Shown: positions 59,647 to 64,000 of the stretch, in pieces
Position numbering within the stretch: the first letter of the stretch is position 1
How the letters are laid out: each line of letters begins with the position of its first letter
From: a virus
Direction: 5' to 3' (one strand)
DNA length: 64,000 nucleotides
IMG/VR virus record: IMGVR_UViG_3300021960_006131
Location: 26,504 to 90,503 of that record
Notes under the pieces: model-generated
What the model saw: only the letters and a program-made list of their open reading frames with translations
The model's database searches: none
Told to the model about the DNA's origin: nothing
Translations under genes and position numbers: made by a program

Positions 59647-59692
59647 GATATCAATAAAGTAGCCGTTATTGGCCAGAAATGGATAATTATAC

Positions 59693-59720
59693 TTGACAAC
59701 TAAAAATTTTAATGTATAAT
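59693..59720 (+). promoter_or_regulatory. Sigma70-type promoter for the gp55-47-46 operon
   Basis: TTGACA-16 nt-TATAAT, then AAGGAG SD and the ATG at 59746. Confidence 0.85.
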
Positions 59721-59745
59721 AAAGGCTATTACAAAAGGAGATACA

Positions 59746-60597
59746 ATGCCAGCAAAAGTGAAATACTTAAATAACAAAGATTTACTTAAACAGATACATC
59801 TAAGCAAGATGTCTTTCTGTTGGGTTAAGTCACCACAGTATGATTATCCTGACGTTATAATTGATTCTAATGATAGTATCACCGATGAAGTTATACTGAC
59901 TGCAAAGAAAAATCAAGCAGGAAAAATAAAAGATTTAGCATATCAACAAGCGGTTGCTAATTACGACGGACCTGCAAACAAAAAGCCTAGACAAAAAGAT
60001 TTTTTAGTTGAGCCTGAATCCATACCTGATGAAGATATAACTGTTAGAAAAATGACGTTTGAACACATTCCATTAGAGCCAGGCAGAAAAAAGAATCCTA
60101 GAAACGAGTCAGAAACTAAATCAAAGTGCAACTTTCCGCCATTTAAACATTATGGATTAATAAATGGTACATGGGAAGAGGTTGCCAGGAGCCACTGGAA
60201 AGGTGGTCCTAAGAGCGGAAAGTTCTGTGTTGACCATGGCAGTATCACAAATGAGTTAGGCAAAATGTATTTAAAACTCGTAGAAAGGTATAGTCAAAGA
60301 TCAAACTGGCGTGGTTATACTTATGTAGATGAAATGCGTGGACAAGCATTATTACAACTTGCAATGATTGGATTACAGTTCAATGAAGCAAAATCAGATA
60401 ATCCGTTTGCATATTATACTGCCGCAATTACAAACAGTTTTACAAGAGTGTTAAACATAGAAAAGAAAAATCAAAACATCAGAGACGATATTTTGATCGA
60501 CTCTGGGCACTTACCGAGTTATGGCAGACAGATTCAGCATGAAAATGAGATGAAGGCTTTGAGAGACGAAGCAGATAGTACTGAATCGGATGCTTAA
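59746..60597 (+). CDS. gp55: Late-transcription sigma factor, T4 gp55-like
   Basis: YLNNKDLL, NWRGYTYVDEM and FNEAKSDNPFAYYT; directly precedes gp47/gp46 as in T4-like phages. Confidence 0.85.
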   Translation: MPAKVKYLNNKDLLKQIHLSKMSFCWVKSPQYDYPDVIIDSNDSITDEVILTAKKNQAGKIKDLAYQQAVANYDGPANKKPRQKDFLVEPESIPDEDITVRKMTFEHIPLEPGRKKNPRNESETKSKCNFPPFKHYGLINGTWEEVARSHWKGGPKSGKFCVDHGSITNELGKMYLKLVERYSQRSNWRGYTYVDEMRGQALLQLAMIGLQFNEAKSDNPFAYYTAAITNSFTRVLNIEKKNQNIRDDILIDSGHLPSYGRQIQHENEMKALRDEADSTESDA

Positions 60598-60599
60598 CT

Positions 60600-61613
60600 A
60601 TGGCAGATAATTTATTCAATAAAGCCGCGGTCTTTACAGACATACATTACGGCTTGAAACAAAACAGTCATCAACATTTAAAAGATTGTAATAATTTTGT
60701 TGATTGGTTTATCACAGAAGCGAAATTACGAGAAGCAGAAACATGCTTCTTTTTAGGCGACTGGCATCATCATAGAGCAAGTGTAAATGTTGCAACACTT
60801 AATGCAAGTTGGAAAGACCTTAAAAAATTAAATGACGCATTTGACAAAGTGTATTTTATCACAGGTAACCACGATTTATATTACAGAGACAAACGTGAAC
60901 TCAACAGTATGGAGTTTGCCAGAGACTTAGATAACTTTGTTATGGTTGATGAGTTATTTGAAGAAGGCAACGTTGGTATTGTACCGTGGCTAGTTGAAAA
61001 CGAATACAAAAAAGTTGCAAAGATGAAATGCAAATACATGTTTGGTCATTTTGAATTGCCTTTCTTTAAAATGAATGCAATGATTGAGATGCCTGACCAT
61101 GGTGGCATAAATGCATCTATGTTGCGTAATCCAGATTATGTATTTACAGGACACTTCCACAAAAGGCAATATGACGAAAACATACATTACATAGGTAATG
61201 CATTTCCACATAATTACGCAGATGCAGGAGACAACGACAGAGGCTATATGTATCTTGAATGGGACAAGGAGCCTGTGTATGTTAATTGGCCTGAGTGTCC
61301 TAAGTATGTTACTTGCGGACTTGTTGAATTAATAGATGATCCTGCAAAATATCTAGATGCATACACTTATGCTAGAATCAAATTAGATGTTGACATCAGT
61401 TATGAAGAAGCAACGTTTATCAAAGAAAACTTTATGGACAAATACAAGTGTAGAGAAATACAACTTGTACCAATAAAAGAAGTCGAAGAAGAATACGAAG
61501 CCGGCGAAATATCATTTGAAAGTGTTGAACAAATTGTTATTAGCCAATTACAAACCATAGAAAGTAATACAATTAACACAGAAAAGTTAATTGACATTTA
61601 CCAAAATTTATAA
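60600..61613 (+). CDS. gp47: Recombination endonuclease subunit (Mre11/SbcD-like)
   Basis: Metallophosphoesterase motifs DIHYG, GDWHH, GNHD, GHFE and GHFH. Confidence 0.93.
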   Translation: MADNLFNKAAVFTDIHYGLKQNSHQHLKDCNNFVDWFITEAKLREAETCFFLGDWHHHRASVNVATLNASWKDLKKLNDAFDKVYFITGNHDLYYRDKRELNSMEFARDLDNFVMVDELFEEGNVGIVPWLVENEYKKVAKMKCKYMFGHFELPFFKMNAMIEMPDHGGINASMLRNPDYVFTGHFHKRQYDENIHYIGNAFPHNYADAGDNDRGYMYLEWDKEPVYVNWPECPKYVTCGLVELIDDPAKYLDAYTYARIKLDVDISYEEATFIKENFMDKYKCREIQLVPIKEVEEEYEAGEISFESVEQIVISQLQTIESNTINTEKLIDIYQNL

Positions 61614-61616
61614 TAT

Positions 61617-63386
61617 ATGCTTAAATTAAAAAACATCAGTGTAAAGAATTTCATGAGTGTTGGAAACAACGTTCAAGGTGTACGTTTCGACGACAAAAAC
61701 TTAACACTAGTTCTAGGTAATAACTTAGACTTAGGTGGTGACGGTAGCAGAAATGGTACAGGTAAAACTACTATTATCAATGCACTCAGTTATGCATTAT
61801 ATGGCGAAGCATTAACAAACATCAGACGTGATAACCTTATCAACAAAACAAACGGTAAGGGCATGATTGTTAGTGTGGACTTTGAACTTAATGGTGTTGA
61901 ATACCGTATAGAAAGAGGTAGGCGTCCTAATGTGTTACGTTTCTTTGTTAACGGCACAGAAACCGAAGACCAAGAACAACAAGGCGACAGCAGAGAAACA
62001 CAAAAACACATAGAAAAAATAATTGGTTTTAGTCATGAAATGTTCAAACACATTGTTGCACTAAACACATACACTGAACCTTTCTTGGGTATGAAAAATA
62101 ACGATCAGCGAGACATGATCGAGCAACTGCTTGGTATACAGGAATTATCAGAAAAAGCAGAAACACTCAAAGAAAAAATGAAGGACACTAGAGACAGTAT
62201 CAAAGAAGAAGAAATTCGTATTAATGCTATCAAAGATGGCAATACTCGAATGGAAAAGAATATCAAAGAAATAGAAAGCCGCAGTAAGGCTTGGGAAGCC
62301 AATAAGAAAGCCAAACTATCTGAAATGGCTGATGCATTAGAAGAATTAAATGAACTAGATGTAGATGATGAGATAGCAAAACACAACACACTTGTCGAAA
62401 TAAAAGATCACGAAGCAAACTTAAATGTCCTAGTAAGTAATATAACTAACACAGAAAACAGCATTAAAAGAAGTAATACTAAACTGCAAACACTAGAAGC
62501 AAATCTATTAAAGGCAAAAGAAGGTGTATGCCCTGCATGTGGGCAAGATACAGCACATTTAGACACACACGAAGAATATACGGCCGATTTAAACACCGAA
62601 ATAACAGAAGAAAAGACATATTACGACACACTTGTCACTAAAGAAAAAGAGTTAAAAACAGGCGTAGAAATGCTAGGCCCTGTTCAAGAACGCCCTAAAA
62701 CCTTCTATAGAACATTAGAAGAGGCCCTTACACACAGAAATAATGTGGATAATTTAATACAAAGTATCACAGACAAGAGCAATGAAGAAAATCCTTATGT
62801 AGAACAAATAGAATCTATGAAGGAAACAGGAATACAAGAAGTCAGTTGGGATATTATTAACGAACTTACAGCACTAAAAGATCATCAAGAATTCTTATAT
62901 AAATTGCTTACCAGCAAGGACAGTTTTATCCGTAGACGTATTATTGATCAAAACATTGCTTACTTGAATCACAGACTAGCACACTACTTGAATGCTATTG
63001 GCTTGCCGCATGATGTTAAGTTTAACAGTGACCTCAGTGTAGAAATAACTGAGTATGGCAGAGACTTAGACTTTGATAATTTAAGTAGGGGTGAACGTAA
63101 CAGACTTATACTGAGTTTGAGTTGGGCATTCAGAGACATATATGAAAGTCTTAATCACCCAATGAACTTCTTGTGTATTGACGAACTTATTGACAGTGGC
63201 TTAGATGGTGTTGGTGTAGAAAATGCATTAGGCATACTCAAGAAAATGAGCAGAGAGCAAAACAAAAACATCATGCTAATATCACACAGAGAAGAACTTA
63301 GTGGTAGAGTAAATGATGTGCTGTATGTAATCAAAGAAGGTGGCTTCACCAGTTACAATACAGACACAGAATATGTAGGAACTTAA
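61617..63386 (+). CDS. gp46: Recombination ATPase subunit (Rad50/SbcC-like)
   Basis: KNFMSVGN, Walker A NGTGKTT, coiled coils, Zn hook CPACG, signature LSRGE, Walker B IDELIDSGLD, and ISH. Confidence 0.95.
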   Translation: MLKLKNISVKNFMSVGNNVQGVRFDDKNLTLVLGNNLDLGGDGSRNGTGKTTIINALSYALYGEALTNIRRDNLINKTNGKGMIVSVDFELNGVEYRIERGRRPNVLRFFVNGTETEDQEQQGDSRETQKHIEKIIGFSHEMFKHIVALNTYTEPFLGMKNNDQRDMIEQLLGIQELSEKAETLKEKMKDTRDSIKEEEIRINAIKDGNTRMEKNIKEIESRSKAWEANKKAKLSEMADALEELNELDVDDEIAKHNTLVEIKDHEANLNVLVSNITNTENSIKRSNTKLQTLEANLLKAKEGVCPACGQDTAHLDTHEEYTADLNTEITEEKTYYDTLVTKEKELKTGVEMLGPVQERPKTFYRTLEEALTHRNNVDNLIQSITDKSNEENPYVEQIESMKETGIQEVSWDIINELTALKDHQEFLYKLLTSKDSFIRRRIIDQNIAYLNHRLAHYLNAIGLPHDVKFNSDLSVEITEYGRDLDFDNLSRGERNRLILSLSWAFRDIYESLNHPMNFLCIDELIDSGLDGVGVENALGILKKMSREQNKNIMLISHREELSGRVNDVLYVIKEGGFTSYNTDTEYVGT

Positions 63387-63811
63387 TGAGCGACTGGACC
63401 TATAACGGAGAAGTAATAGACAACTTACCAGAGGATTGCGAGGCCATTGTATATCTAATCACTAACAAACAAAACGGCATGAAATATGTTGGCAAAAAAT
63501 TAGCCAAACGTAAAGTTACTCGTCCTCCGCTCAAAGGCAAAAAGAACAAAAGACGCAGTACAAAAGAAAGCGACTGGAGAGACTATTGGGGTAGTTCAGA
63601 TCACCTACAAGCAGATGTAGAAAAATTAGGTGAAGATCAATTCACCAGAGAAATACTTTACTTCTGTGCCAGCAGAGGCATAGCCAGTTACTTAGAAGCC
63701 AGAGAGCAATTTGAAAGAGAAGTGTTGCTCACAGACGATTACTACAACGGAATCATCAACGTTCGCATAGGTGGTTCAAAAATACTCAAAGAAAACGTCA
63801 AGCCGCGATAA
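63386..63811 (+). CDS. Small stand-alone GIY-YIG family (Seg-like) nuclease
   Basis: AIVYLITN...KYVGKK, YWGSS, FTREIL, LEAREQF and YYN; no C-terminal DNA-binding extension. Confidence 0.8.
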   Translation: MSDWTYNGEVIDNLPEDCEAIVYLITNKQNGMKYVGKKLAKRKVTRPPLKGKKNKRRSTKESDWRDYWGSSDHLQADVEKLGEDQFTREILYFCASRGIASYLEAREQFEREVLLTDDYYNGIINVRIGGSKILKENVKPR

Positions 63812-64000
63812 CTATTTAACGAACAGACCAAGGCACAACATCACGGCACACCCGGCACACACATAGGTCCATGCACCACCCCATCGAGGCTATTAATATC
63901 GATTTCCCTGACAATCCGGCAATGGAAACACCCGGTGCGAGATTCTGGAATGTATGGCGTTAAATGAAATACAGACAAACGACAAACAGTATTAAATGAT
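63812..64000 (+). ncRNA. Candidate structured non-coding RNA or regulatory element (runs off the window)
   Basis: GC-richer than the rest of the window; nested complementary segments found by eye; three GGCACA repeats; GATAACTA late motif at 63807-63814. Confidence 0.45.

Noticed and set aside
2392-63349. Many 60-215 aa ORFs antisense to or nested in long genes (e.g. 19073-19720 +, 56526-57116 +, 28526-29044 +, 51319-51771 -)
   Set aside because: Shadow ORFs arising from codon bias of the real genes; no SD, promoter or recognisable motifs.
63386-63811. Mobile homing endonuclease or group I intron
   Set aside because: No interrupted host gene; the ORF is coupled to intact gp46 and lacks the DNA-binding extension typical of mobile Seg or I-TevI enzymes.
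1-64000. Stop-codon reassignment, as found in some jumbo phages
   Set aside because: Genes tile densely under the standard code, and TAA, TAG and TGA all end genes at sensible domain boundaries.
63812-64000. tRNA or tmRNA
   Set aside because: No cloverleaf, T-loop GTTCRA or CCA end recognisable in the visible part.

Overview
AT-rich fragment of a large T4-related (jumbo) myophage genome, read with the standard genetic code. No rRNA, tRNA, CRISPR array, integrase or transposase was seen. Layout: (i) 1-14.7 kb is a modification-enzyme island with a carbamoyltransferase, a nine-module glycosyltransferase-like protein, a SAM methyltransferase, three radical SAM enzymes, a 2OG-Fe(II) oxygenase, an SDR-like protein, three more GT-A-like proteins and an SGNH-like hydrolase. 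(ii) 15-23.6 kb holds tail-fibre-like genes beside a prolyl-hydroxylase-like oxygenase and a three-domain protein resembling COLGALT1 + PLOD-GT + lysyl hydroxylase. (iii) 23.6-49.3 kb holds a 7041-aa virion protein and gp6- and gp25-like baseplate genes. (iv) 50-53 kb is a + strand insert encoding an MTA/SAH nucleosidase and a TonB-dependent outer-membrane receptor. (v) 53-59.6 kb holds baseplate hub/spike genes. (vi) 59.7-64 kb holds a gp55-like late sigma factor, gp47, gp46, a small GIY-YIG protein and the start of a structured non-coding region. Regulatory signals seen directly: two TTGACA/TATAAT sigma70 promoters, a recurring late motif (G)ATAA[A/C]TA that lies exactly 5 nt before the ATG in five genes (likely leaderless mRNAs), and a second motif upstream of three late promoters. 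All functional calls come from motif recognition by eye; no database searches were run.
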